Source: Candidatus Multivoradales bacterium (GTDB taxonomy: Bacteria; Acidobacteriota; Thermoanaerobaculia; Multivoradales; JAHEKO01). Taken from it: a stretch of DNA of 64,000 bases. The number at the start of each line of letters is the position of its first letter. Position 1 is the stretch's first letter. The notes beneath the pieces were generated by a model, which saw only the letters and a program-made list of their open reading frames with translations, had not been told where the DNA came from and made no database searches. Shown here piece after piece: positions 44,451 to 52,515 of the stretch. Where the stretch lies: contig CBDFIJ010000004.1 in assembly GCA_965248055.1 (NCBI GenBank), forward strand, positions 2,823,908-2,887,907, in the 5' to 3' direction. Position numbers and translations under genes: made by a program.

Positions 44451-45788
44451 TCAGCCTTCGGCGTCAGACGGCTGGTCCGGTTGCAATTGCCCGCTGAGCA
44501 ATGAACAGCCGCGCAGATCGGCACCCACCGCGCGTCCGAGGAGCTGAAATCCTGGGCTGCCGTTACCGGTGGAGTCCTCTGATTGCAGAGTTGGCATTAC
44601 ACCTAAGTCTTGGGTCAAGACGTGGATCGAACTACTGAGGTTGGCCAGATCGAGCACCGTGATCAAGCCAGGCGTGCCGGGAGCGACTTCTTGTAAGGTG
44701 GCGGGGTCGAGAATGCGCACCCGTACCCAGTGTGGAGGGGCGAATAGCTCGGCACTCCGCAACTCCGGGTCGGGCAACTCGGAATCAGGCAAGACGGAAT
44801 CAGGTAAGTCGGCATGAGGATGCTGACCGCGTGCGTCTGCGGGCACTAGGTCTTCGGGAACTACGTCTGCGGGAACTAGGTCTTCGGGGACTAGGTCTTC
44901 GGGGACTATGTCTGCGGGAACTAGGTCTTCGGGGACACTGTAGAACTGACTGGTGAGCTCGGTCATGCCGTATTCACTGGTCACCGACTCCTCGCTCAGG
45001 TCCAAGTGGGTGGCAATCAGCGCCAAAATCTCGCCGCGATCGAGCGTCCGGGTCTCAGTTTTGCTGCCTCCAGTGTGTAAGACCACACTTCCTGGTGGCA
45101 GGCGAAAGCGCAGGCCAAACTTCGCCAAGCGTTCCAGAGCCTGCATCAGGGCCAAGGAAGTGGCGACGATGACCACCGGGCGGCCGCCCCGTTGCCCGGC
45201 CCCCAGCCAAGAGCGAAGCAGTCCGGCGTTCAGACCATTCTGTGACCACCCGTAGGCCGAACGTCCCGATCCGTAACTCGCCATGATGTGGTTGACCATG
45301 AACGCCAGGCTGGACTGTGGCGCCGCCTCGGGTGGCGGAACCAGAGACAAAATATCGACCCGTCCTGCTGGAACCCGGGCGCCGAAGGAGGCTTCGATAG
45401 TGGCGCGGTAGAGGTCCAAGAACGCGTGCGGGTGCTGGCTCGGACGACCGCTGGTGCCGCTGCTCAGAAATACTGTTTCCGCAGACCCGATGCCGATCTC
45501 CAGGTTCTTGTACGCCAGGGTCGGTAAAGCTGGGATTTGGCTCCAAGAGGTGACTTGTCCGGGGTCGAGATCGCGGTCAGCCCACAGCCGCTGCAACGGT
45601 TCGCTGAGGCTAGCCTGGGCTCGCCCAGCCGCTAGCGCCAGCTGGTTGAAGTCGCCCTCGGACTCTGACCGGATGAACCGGGTGATGGCGTCAATCATCT
45701 GTGGGTCGATGGCGACGGGAGATTGCACCGCCGTATTCTGCCACGCGGCGACCGGTCGGGACATCGCTCGAGGCTGGGAACCCACCAC
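44451..45788 (-). CDS. LuxE-like acyl-protein synthetase (adenylate-forming, ANL superfamily) with an internal pentapeptide-repeat insert
   Basis: VFLSSGTSGRPSQH (AMP-binding P-loop variant typical of LuxE/PaaK-like enzymes) and SEYGMTELTSQFY. Adjacent to the LuxC-like gene. Confidence 0.6.
   Translation of the reverse strand: MVGSQPRAMSRPVAAWQNTAVQSPVAIDPQMIDAITRFIRSESEGDFNQLALAAGRAQASLSEPLQRLWADRDLDPGQVTSWSQIPALPTLAYKNLEIGIGSAETVFLSSGTSGRPSQHPHAFLDLYRATIEASFGARVPAGRVDILSLVPPPEAAPQSSLAFMVNHIMASYGSGRSAYGWSQNGLNAGLLRSWLGAGQRGGRPVVIVATSLALMQALERLAKFGLRFRLPPGSVVLHTGGSKTETRTLDRGEILALIATHLDLSEESVTSEYGMTELTSQFYSVPEDLVPADIVPEDLVPEDLVPADVVPEDLVPADARGQHPHADLPDSVLPDSELPDPELRSAELFAPPHWVRVRILDPATLQEVAPGTPGLITVLDLANLSSSIHVLTQDLGVMPTLQSEDSTGNGSPGFQLLGRAVGADLRGCSLLSGQLQPDQPSDAEG
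44771..44939 (-). repeat. In-frame tandem 15-nt repeats inside the LuxE-like CDS
   Basis: Seven consecutive 15-mers at 44835-44939 (GTCTKCGGGRACTAS-type) encode VPEDL/VPADx pentapeptides. Three related 15-mers at 44771-44815 encode LPDSx. Confidence 0.9.
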
Positions 45789-45850
45789 ACCAATGCGGCT
45801 CCTCTATAATGCGCCGCAGCCGCTTGGGCTCCAGATCGTTTCTTGTCAGC

Positions 45851-45902
45851 TGGCAGCGGTGATTGGCAGTGACGTTTAGCAGTGACGATTAGCAGTGACG
45901 AT
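45851..45902. repeat. Four tandem 13-bp direct repeats in the luxE-like/ferredoxin divergent intergenic region
   Basis: TGGCAGCGGTGAT / TGGCAGTGACGTT / TAGCAGTGACGAT / TAGCAGTGACGAT, read directly. Confidence 0.9.
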
Positions 45903-45940
45903 CGATAGGACAATCTTGAACTCAACTAGGCAATCCATCT

Positions 45941-46309
45941 ATGAGCGAGTTATTTCCCCACGACAAGAAAATCGAGGTCGATAAGGCACCCCGCGCCAAG
46001 GCCCCCAAGCAGTTGGCGGTGATCGATCAAACCGGTTGCACCGGCTGCGAGGCTTGCATTGCCTTCTGCCCGGTGGATTGCATCGAAATTGTTCCTGGGG
46101 TTGAGCACCGGGACTTTATGAAACTGGTGGAGGTCGATCTGGAGCGTTGCATTGGCTGCCAGCTGTGTGCTCGTTACTGTCCATGGGAAACCATCGACAT
46201 GTGGAGCTACGAAGAAGGGGTCGAGGTCGCGCCAGCGCTCACCGTACGTTCCTTGATTTATCAGTATGCCCCCGAGACCATGCACGAAGCCGCGGAAGCT
46301 TCCAACTAG
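45941..46309 (+). CDS. 2x[4Fe-4S] ferredoxin-type protein
   Basis: CTGCEACIAFCP and CIGCQLCARYCP (two CxxCxxCxxxCP motifs). Confidence 0.85.
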   Translation: MSELFPHDKKIEVDKAPRAKAPKQLAVIDQTGCTGCEACIAFCPVDCIEIVPGVEHRDFMKLVEVDLERCIGCQLCARYCPWETIDMWSYEEGVEVAPALTVRSLIYQYAPETMHEAAEASN

Positions 46310-46318
46310 GGGAACGCG

Positions 46319-46525
46319 TTGGACGGAAAAATGTCGCCAAGTGACTCTCCCCAGCCGGCAGGAGTCGACACCGACTTCGATGCGGCATTGAGGGAAATCG
46401 TCAATCAAGTGGTGCGCGAGCGGCGCTTGACCGGCAACCAAATCTTGCGGCTCTCGGCGGAACTGCAGCGTTTGGGCATCCACCGCTTGATCGAGGAACG
46501 AAGCCAGAATCCCAAAACTCGGTAG
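46319..46525 (+). CDS. Small hypothetical protein
   Basis: 68 aa ORF tightly spaced between the ferredoxin and tauE-like genes (likely ATG at 46331). No family recognised; coding status uncertain. Confidence 0.35.
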   Translation: MDGKMSPSDSPQPAGVDTDFDAALREIVNQVVRERRLTGNQILRLSAELQRLGIHRLIEERSQNPKTR

Positions 46526-46555
46526 TCGCAGTTTGCTACCACCAGCACTTCTCAT

Positions 46556-47296
46556 TTGTTGGAACCCACCGCAATTCTCGGTCTGATCGCCGCTGGCCTC
46601 GCCGCCGGCTGGATCGGTGGAGCTCTGGGAATCGGCGGGGGAGTGCTGCTAGTTCCGGTGCTGCACTTAGGTTTTGGTTTGCCGATCGCCACTGCGGTGG
46701 GCACCAGTTTGTTGATGATTACCGCCACCGCCACTGCTGCTGGATTGGGCTATCTGCGGGGTGGCGAAGTCGACATGCCGTGGGCGGTGCGACTGGGTGC
46801 CTTGGCCTTGGTTGGGGCCATCATTGCCAGCCGACTTGCCGCAGCCTTGGATCCGCGAACCGTGGCGATCTTGTTTTCCGTGGTGCTGGTTTTGGTGGCG
46901 GTGCGCATGGCCTGGCCGGAAAGCAATCGAGAAGAGCGACCACCGCGGCCTGGATTGGCGATGGCGACTATGCCGATAGCAGGGGTGGTGGCCGGTCTCT
47001 TGGGTGTCGGAGGTGGCATCGTCCAAGTCCCGGTGCTGCGGTTGCTGCTGGGCCGCTCGATGCGTAGCTCGGTGGCCACCAGTACAGTGATGATCGGCTG
47101 GACCGCTGGCGTGGCGTCGATCGCCTACCTGCGCCGCGGTGAAATCGACCTCAGCGTTGTACCTTGGATTCTGGCTGGCGTCATGGCCGGGGCCTGGATC
47201 GCCCCAGGTAGTACTCGAAAAATTGGCGGACGCGTCCTGGAGCTGGGATTCGCCCTGGTGTTGCTGTGGACCGCCTGGAGGATGGCCGGTGGCTAG
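46556..47296 (+). CDS. TauE/SafE (DUF81) family anion/sulfite exporter-type membrane protein
   Basis: Two internal repeats with GALGIGGGVLLVPVL and GLLGVGGGIVQVPVL motifs; about 8 TM segments. Confidence 0.85.
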   Translation: MLEPTAILGLIAAGLAAGWIGGALGIGGGVLLVPVLHLGFGLPIATAVGTSLLMITATATAAGLGYLRGGEVDMPWAVRLGALALVGAIIASRLAAALDPRTVAILFSVVLVLVAVRMAWPESNREERPPRPGLAMATMPIAGVVAGLLGVGGGIVQVPVLRLLLGRSMRSSVATSTVMIGWTAGVASIAYLRRGEIDLSVVPWILAGVMAGAWIAPGSTRKIGGRVLELGFALVLLWTAWRMAGG

Positions 47297-47609
47297 TTCT
47301 CGCACAGCACCCCGAGAATCGGCGACCTTTGTCAGGGCTGCCCGAAGCCTGTTGGTTGTGGCTTGGTTTGCCCTCGCTTTGACTCAATTGCTCGGCGAAG
47401 CACCGGAAGCGGGCTGGAACTCAGTGTTGCGGTTGTTCGGGATTGCCTCGTTGTTGCTGGCACCGTGGATCGCCATTGTTCATTGGATTGCCGTGGATAC
47501 CTCAAGATCTGATCAACAGGATGCAGCCTCGCCTGAAGCACACGCAGTCGCCCATTGGCCGTGGATTCTGGCCCTAATCATGCTCGCCATAAGTTCTGTA
47601 ATTTCTTGA
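47289..47609 (+). CDS. Possible small membrane protein
   Basis: In-frame GTG at 47289 overlaps the tauE-like stop. Three hydrophobic segments (LLVVAWFALALTQLL, LFGIASLLLAPWIAIVHWIAV, WPWILALIMLAISSVI). No family recognised. Confidence 0.35.
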   Translation: MASSRTAPRESATFVRAARSLLVVAWFALALTQLLGEAPEAGWNSVLRLFGIASLLLAPWIAIVHWIAVDTSRSDQQDAASPEAHAVAHWPWILALIMLAISSVIS

Positions 47610-47691
47610 AAACCTTCTTGAGGGGTAACCCGTATTGATAAGTGGAAGTAGGACAAAACACGCGCTGCTCCTACTTCCCCTCCTCCTTTGC

Positions 47692-47725
47692 AAAACCCGG
47701 CTCGAAAGAGCCGGGTTTTCTTGTT
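47692..47725 (+). terminator. Intrinsic terminator
   Basis: AAAACCCGGCTC-gaaa-GAGCCGGGTTTT followed by CTTGTT: a perfect 12-bp stem (A/U-extended) with a GAAA loop. Confidence 0.7.
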
Positions 47726-47772
47726 GCTAGATAGACCTTGAACAAAGGTTGTTCGACACGTACCCTTCGTCC

Positions 47773-50700
47773 ATGCCGCATGGCAAGTTCGGGTTGAAGC
47801 CAACCCACGAAGCTGTCAGGAAGTACTACCGCGCTCTGGAAGAAGCTGCGCAGCTCCATATCGACCATGAACTGGGCGTTAAACATGCCTTCGAGGGTCT
47901 CCTTGAACACTGCGCCAAGAGGTTCTATGGCTGGAACTTTGCCCGCGAAAAGACGGTTCGTCTCGGGGCCAAAACTCTGCGTCCAGATGGCTTGATTCTC
48001 GATAACTATGAACTCAGTCGCGGCTGGTTTGAAGCCAAGGACACCCAGGATGAGCTGACCAAAGAGGCCCGATCGAAGTTTGCGGTTGGCTATCCCAAGC
48101 GCAACATCCTGTTTTGGCAGCCAGGGCGGGTGTTGTTGTTTCAAGATGGTGTTCAAGTTCTAGATGTTGACGCAACAGAGCCCCAACCACTGGTCGACGC
48201 GCTGCGGCTATTTTTCGAACATCAAGAACCGGACATCGACGAGTGGGAGCGAGCGGTAGAAGAATTCAAGGAGCGGATTCCTGAGTTGGCCGACTCCCTG
48301 CTCAAACTTGTCCACGACGAACGTCCCAAGAACAAAGCTTTCCAGACCGCCTTCAAGCGTTTCTACGATCTCTGCAAGGTCTCTCTTAATCCAAACCTCT
48401 CCGAAGCGGCAGTGGAAGAGATGTTGATCCAACATTTGCTGACCGAGCGGATCTTTCGCAAGGTCTTCGACAACGACGATTTCCGGCGTAAGAACGTGAT
48501 CGCGGCGGAGATCGAAACCGTGATCGATGCCCTAACCTCCAAGAGCTTCTCTCGGCATGACTTTGTTAAGAAGCTAGACCGCTTTTACGCTGCGATCGAA
48601 AACACCGCTCTGTCGATTGGCGACTACTCGCAGAAGCAGGGCTTCCTAAACACGGTCTACGAACAGTTTTTCCAGGGATTCTCGGTCAAGGTCGCTGACA
48701 CTCACGGAATTGTCTACACCCCACAACCAATCGTTGATTTCATGGTCAAGAGCGTTGACCAGCTATTGAAATCCGAGTTCGGCAAGGCGGACGGCCTGGC
48801 TTCGCCGGGAGTTCATGTACTCGACCCGTTCGTTGGCACCGGCAACTTCCTCCTCCGGGTGTTGCGGCAGATCGCCGACGGCAAGAAGACCAACTTGCCA
48901 GAGAAGTACCTCAACGAGCTACACGCCAATGAGGTGATGCTGCTGCCCTACTACATCGCTTCGATGAACATTGAGCACGAGTACCTGGAATTGGCGGGCG
49001 AGTACCGCCCCTTCCCGGGGGTTTGCTTGGTGGACACCTTTGAACTCGCCGAGGATAGGCAGATGGGGTTGTTCACCGAGGCCAATACCGAGCGGGTGGA
49101 GGCGCAGAAACAAGCGCCGATCCGGGTGGTGATTGGCAACCCTCCTTACAACGTCGGCCAGGTCAACGAGAACGACAACAACAAGAATCGCAAGTACTCG
49201 GTGATTGATGCGCGGGTCAAGGAGACCTACTCCAAGGATTCCAAGGCTTCGAGCAAGTCAAAGCTTGATGACCCCTACATAAAGGCGATCCGTTGGGCCT
49301 CCGACCGCATCGGAGACCAGGGGGTCGTCGCCTTGGTCTCCAACAATGGTTTTCTGGATGGCATCGCCACCGACGGCATACGCCAACACCTGGAAGAAGA
49401 TTTCGACCAGATTCACATCTTGGACCTGGGTGGCAACGTGCGCAAGAACCCCAAGCTCTCCGGAACCACCCACAACGTCTTCGGTATTCAAGTGGGAGTA
49501 TCAATCAACTTGCTGGTCAAGACCGGCAAGGGGCAGGGTCCAGCGACCCTGCATTACTATCGCACGGATGAGTTCTGGCGGAAGGAGGACAAGTATAGGT
49601 ATCTCGAAGAGGTGGGAGAGATCAATCATATCGATTGGAAGACTCTTGAGCCCGACGCCAAGCACACCTGGCTCACGGAGGGGATCGCGCCAGAGTTCGA
49701 CACGATGCCCGTTCTAGGAAGCAAAGGTGCGCAAGAGCGGGGATTACTTAAAGACGTTTTTTTTCAAAGGTATAGCCTTGGTGTAAGCACCAATCGAGAC
49801 GTCTGGGCCTACAACTTCGATTGGGAACGGCTCGCTGCCAACATCCGAAAGACGATTGATGCGTATAACGGTCATGTGACTCGCTGGGCGGCAATTGAAA
49901 GTGCTAAGCGAAAGCGCTCATTTATTGATCGTTTTGTAGACAATGATCCGAAGGAGATGGCTTGGAGTCGCGACTTGAAGCTGGATTTATTCCGCGAGAA
50001 GAGAGCTAAATTTAGAGAAGAAAAAATCCGACGATCTCTCTATCGACCCTTTTGCCGCCAGTTTCTGTTTCATGATTCGATTCTTAACGAAGAACCCAGG
50101 CATTTCCACGAGTTTTTTCCGACGGCTGCTCGCGAACAAGAGAATTGTTGCGTGTCCGTAGGCGGATACGGACGAAAGGACTTTGCGGTCTTGGCGGGGA
50201 ACAGCATCTTCGACCTAAATTTCTACGGTGACCCCCACCAAGTCTTTCCCTTCTACACCTACGATCCTGATGGCACCAATCGCAGCGAGAATCTCACCGA
50301 TTGGGCTCTGGCGGAGTACCGCGCCCACTACCAAGATGACTCGATCTCCAAGTGGGACATCTTCCACTACATCTATGCATTGCTGCATCACCCGGCCTAT
50401 CGCGAACGCTACAAGGTCAACTTGAAGAAATCCTTGCCGCGCATCCCCTACGCCCCGGTTTTTCATCCTTTTGCCGCAGCGGGGGAACGCCTGGCGGAAT
50501 TGCACGTCGAATACCAGTCGCAAACCGAATATCCGCTGCAGGAGATCTGGAAACCGGATACCGCGCTCGACCTGCGCGTCGAGCGCATGAAGTACAAACC
50601 GGCTGAGGGACGCATTGTCTACAACGATGTGCTGACCCTGGATGGGATTCCACCCACGGTCGAGGAGTACCGGCTCGGGAATCGTTCCGCGCTGGGGTGG

Positions 50701-50874
50701 GTGGTGGATCAATACCGGGTCAAGACCGACAAGCGTAGCGGCATCGTCAACGACCCCAACCGCGACGACGACCCGAAATCCATCCTGCGCCTCATCGGGC
50801 AGGTGATCACAATCAGCCTGGAAACCGTGGAGATCGTCAATAACCTTCCCGATTTGGGTTTGCCCAGCGATTAA
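47773..50874 (+). CDS. Single-polypeptide type IIG / type ISP-like restriction-modification enzyme (N-terminal PD-ExK-like motif, gamma-class N6-adenine methyltransferase, C-terminal specificity domain)
   Basis: LRPDGLILDNYELSRGWFEAKD (PD...EAK), VLDPFVGTGNFLL (AdoMet motif I), VVIGNPPYNVGQ (motif IV NPPY), and a C-terminal FHYIYALLHHPAYRERYKVNLKKSLPRIP...LGNRSALGWVVDQYRV that resembles the type ISP C-terminal domain. The track ORF starts at TTG 47749. Confidence 0.75.
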   Translation: MPHGKFGLKPTHEAVRKYYRALEEAAQLHIDHELGVKHAFEGLLEHCAKRFYGWNFAREKTVRLGAKTLRPDGLILDNYELSRGWFEAKDTQDELTKEARSKFAVGYPKRNILFWQPGRVLLFQDGVQVLDVDATEPQPLVDALRLFFEHQEPDIDEWERAVEEFKERIPELADSLLKLVHDERPKNKAFQTAFKRFYDLCKVSLNPNLSEAAVEEMLIQHLLTERIFRKVFDNDDFRRKNVIAAEIETVIDALTSKSFSRHDFVKKLDRFYAAIENTALSIGDYSQKQGFLNTVYEQFFQGFSVKVADTHGIVYTPQPIVDFMVKSVDQLLKSEFGKADGLASPGVHVLDPFVGTGNFLLRVLRQIADGKKTNLPEKYLNELHANEVMLLPYYIASMNIEHEYLELAGEYRPFPGVCLVDTFELAEDRQMGLFTEANTERVEAQKQAPIRVVIGNPPYNVGQVNENDNNKNRKYSVIDARVKETYSKDSKASSKSKLDDPYIKAIRWASDRIGDQGVVALVSNNGFLDGIATDGIRQHLEEDFDQIHILDLGGNVRKNPKLSGTTHNVFGIQVGVSINLLVKTGKGQGPATLHYYRTDEFWRKEDKYRYLEEVGEINHIDWKTLEPDAKHTWLTEGIAPEFDTMPVLGSKGAQERGLLKDVFFQRYSLGVSTNRDVWAYNFDWERLAANIRKTIDAYNGHVTRWAAIESAKRKRSFIDRFVDNDPKEMAWSRDLKLDLFREKRAKFREEKIRRSLYRPFCRQFLFHDSILNEEPRHFHEFFPTAAREQENCCVSVGGYGRKDFAVLAGNSIFDLNFYGDPHQVFPFYTYDPDGTNRSENLTDWALAEYRAHYQDDSISKWDIFHYIYALLHHPAYRERYKVNLKKSLPRIPYAPVFHPFAAAGERLAELHVEYQSQTEYPLQEIWKPDTALDLRVERMKYKPAEGRIVYNDVLTLDGIPPTVEEYRLGNRSALGWVVDQYRVKTDKRSGIVNDPNRDDDPKSILRLIGQVITISLETVEIVNNLPDLGLPSD

Positions 50875-50983
50875 GGACAGACTCGGGAAGAGAGCGGGCG
50901 AGCCCCGCCCATACGTTGTGGGCTTGTGCTGCCGGGTTTAGAGCGCCCTCTGCGGGCGCCTTCCCGTATTTGACGACTGTTTG

Positions 50984-52228
50984 TTACGTGCCGCTTCGAC
51001 GAGCTAGCTTGTTCGACAAGATGCTAATCAGACCGCCTAGCATGACGTATCCGAGGACGACCTCAAGGGTAATCCAAAACATTCCCGCGGTATTGGTCGG
51101 TGTGACATCTCCGAATCCAAGTGTTGTAAACGTAACAATGCTGAAGTAATACGGAACGATGTGGGTAATCTGTTGCGCGCTTAGGTATTGCGAGTTTGTG
51201 ATGTCCAACTGAGGGTCGACGCTTTCAAGGAAGGACCCAATCCAAGTGTCTCTAAGCATTGTCGGCAATGCGTAAGGAGCGTAGAGGATGCCGAAGAGAA
51301 AGGCGATTGCAAGCGACCAGGCGGCCCAGACCCCTATGTTTCGACCGTAGTCCGATGACCATCGCCATATTCCGCCCCAGATCGGGTGCGTCTTTGTGAA
51401 CTCTCGGACGAATTGTTGGTCCGAGACATAACGCTTGAAAAATGGATTCGTCACCTCGTCAATGGCATTGCTGTCCAAATAGAATTGGATCGTTTTTCTC
51501 TCGTGATCGCTAGCGTTCTTGTACTTTGGTCTCGGTGCAGGTTTTTGCAAAGGGGCGAGGACCTTTAGAAGGGACATCCCCACAGCGCGTACCAACGAAT
51601 CGTTCTCATATTGAATCTCAGCAAAATCGCCAGGGACAATGAATCTCGCCCCTCGGAGAACTACATCTCGACCGAAGAGCGCTTTTGCAAAGCTGATGCG
51701 TTGATGGAATGTGGTCTCCGTGAAGTCTGTCTTGCCGCGGAATTGTGCCTCACCAAAGTCTGTGAGTTCATGAAATATGGCCCAACCGTATGATGCCTTA
51801 GCGCGAAACTCGTTAGAGGAAAACGCGGCTACACCATGGAACTCTGTCCCCACGAAATTCGCATCCCCCTCATAGACGATATTCGTAAACGCGATCCACT
51901 GTTGGAACGACGCTTTTTGAAACGAGGTGTTTCCGAGGAACCTTGCTCGATCAAAGTAAGCTGTACGGCGAAACACAGCGCGGCTCAGGTTCACGCTTCC
52001 CCGAAACACAGTGTCTTTAAATCGTAGTGTTGGCTCGATAGTCCAATAGAGGAGTCCGTTATCCGGTGTGTCTTCCAAAGAAGTCCTGGGCAACCCAGAA
52101 CCATCAATGTGAAGGTCGCCGATAACCTCGCAGTGGGAAAAATCAACGCTTTCTTCGGAGGTGGCTACGTTGATCGCGGCGAGCACCTCTTTGGCAGTAA
52201 CTTTTCGACGTAGTTGGTCGTAGGTCAT
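50984..52228 (-). CDS. Pentapeptide-repeat domain fused to a 2-TM K+-channel-type pore
   Basis: The N-terminal ~200 aa carry pentapeptide-like repeats (FRGSVNLSRAVFRRTAYFDRARFLGNTSFQKASFQ..., TDFGEAQFRGKTDFTETTF). C-terminal TM1, pore helix, filter FTTLGFGDV and TM2. Confidence 0.75.
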   Translation of the reverse strand: MTYDQLRRKVTAKEVLAAINVATSEESVDFSHCEVIGDLHIDGSGLPRTSLEDTPDNGLLYWTIEPTLRFKDTVFRGSVNLSRAVFRRTAYFDRARFLGNTSFQKASFQQWIAFTNIVYEGDANFVGTEFHGVAAFSSNEFRAKASYGWAIFHELTDFGEAQFRGKTDFTETTFHQRISFAKALFGRDVVLRGARFIVPGDFAEIQYENDSLVRAVGMSLLKVLAPLQKPAPRPKYKNASDHERKTIQFYLDSNAIDEVTNPFFKRYVSDQQFVREFTKTHPIWGGIWRWSSDYGRNIGVWAAWSLAIAFLFGILYAPYALPTMLRDTWIGSFLESVDPQLDITNSQYLSAQQITHIVPYYFSIVTFTTLGFGDVTPTNTAGMFWITLEVVLGYVMLGGLISILSNKLARRSGT

Positions 52229-52515
52229 CCGAGAAAGGACAAAATCCGAATAGTGGAGTATCTAGATTGTAGATGAAACAGGTGCCTCTCACCATAGGCC
52301 TATGAAGAGCCACCCTGTGGAGTAGCTATGCACAACTTGGTTCAACCATCGCGTTAGCTCTGGACCGCTGACCTTCGGAAATACACAAGTACTGGTCCTC
52401 CCGACAGGAAGAACTAGGAAGTCAGTATTTTGTCACCACATTCTTTGGTGGGTGGGCATGAAGTTTTTCGCCTCTACTTGCGGGAGAGTAGGGGAGCCCT
52501 TTCGTGGCTCTTATC

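Noticed and set aside
50896-50960. Bidirectional terminator between the convergent RM and channel genes (GGGCG...CGCCC and GCGCCC-tctgc-GGGCGC hairpins)
   Set aside because: The stems are short and neither strand has a following U-run, so I cannot support a terminator call.
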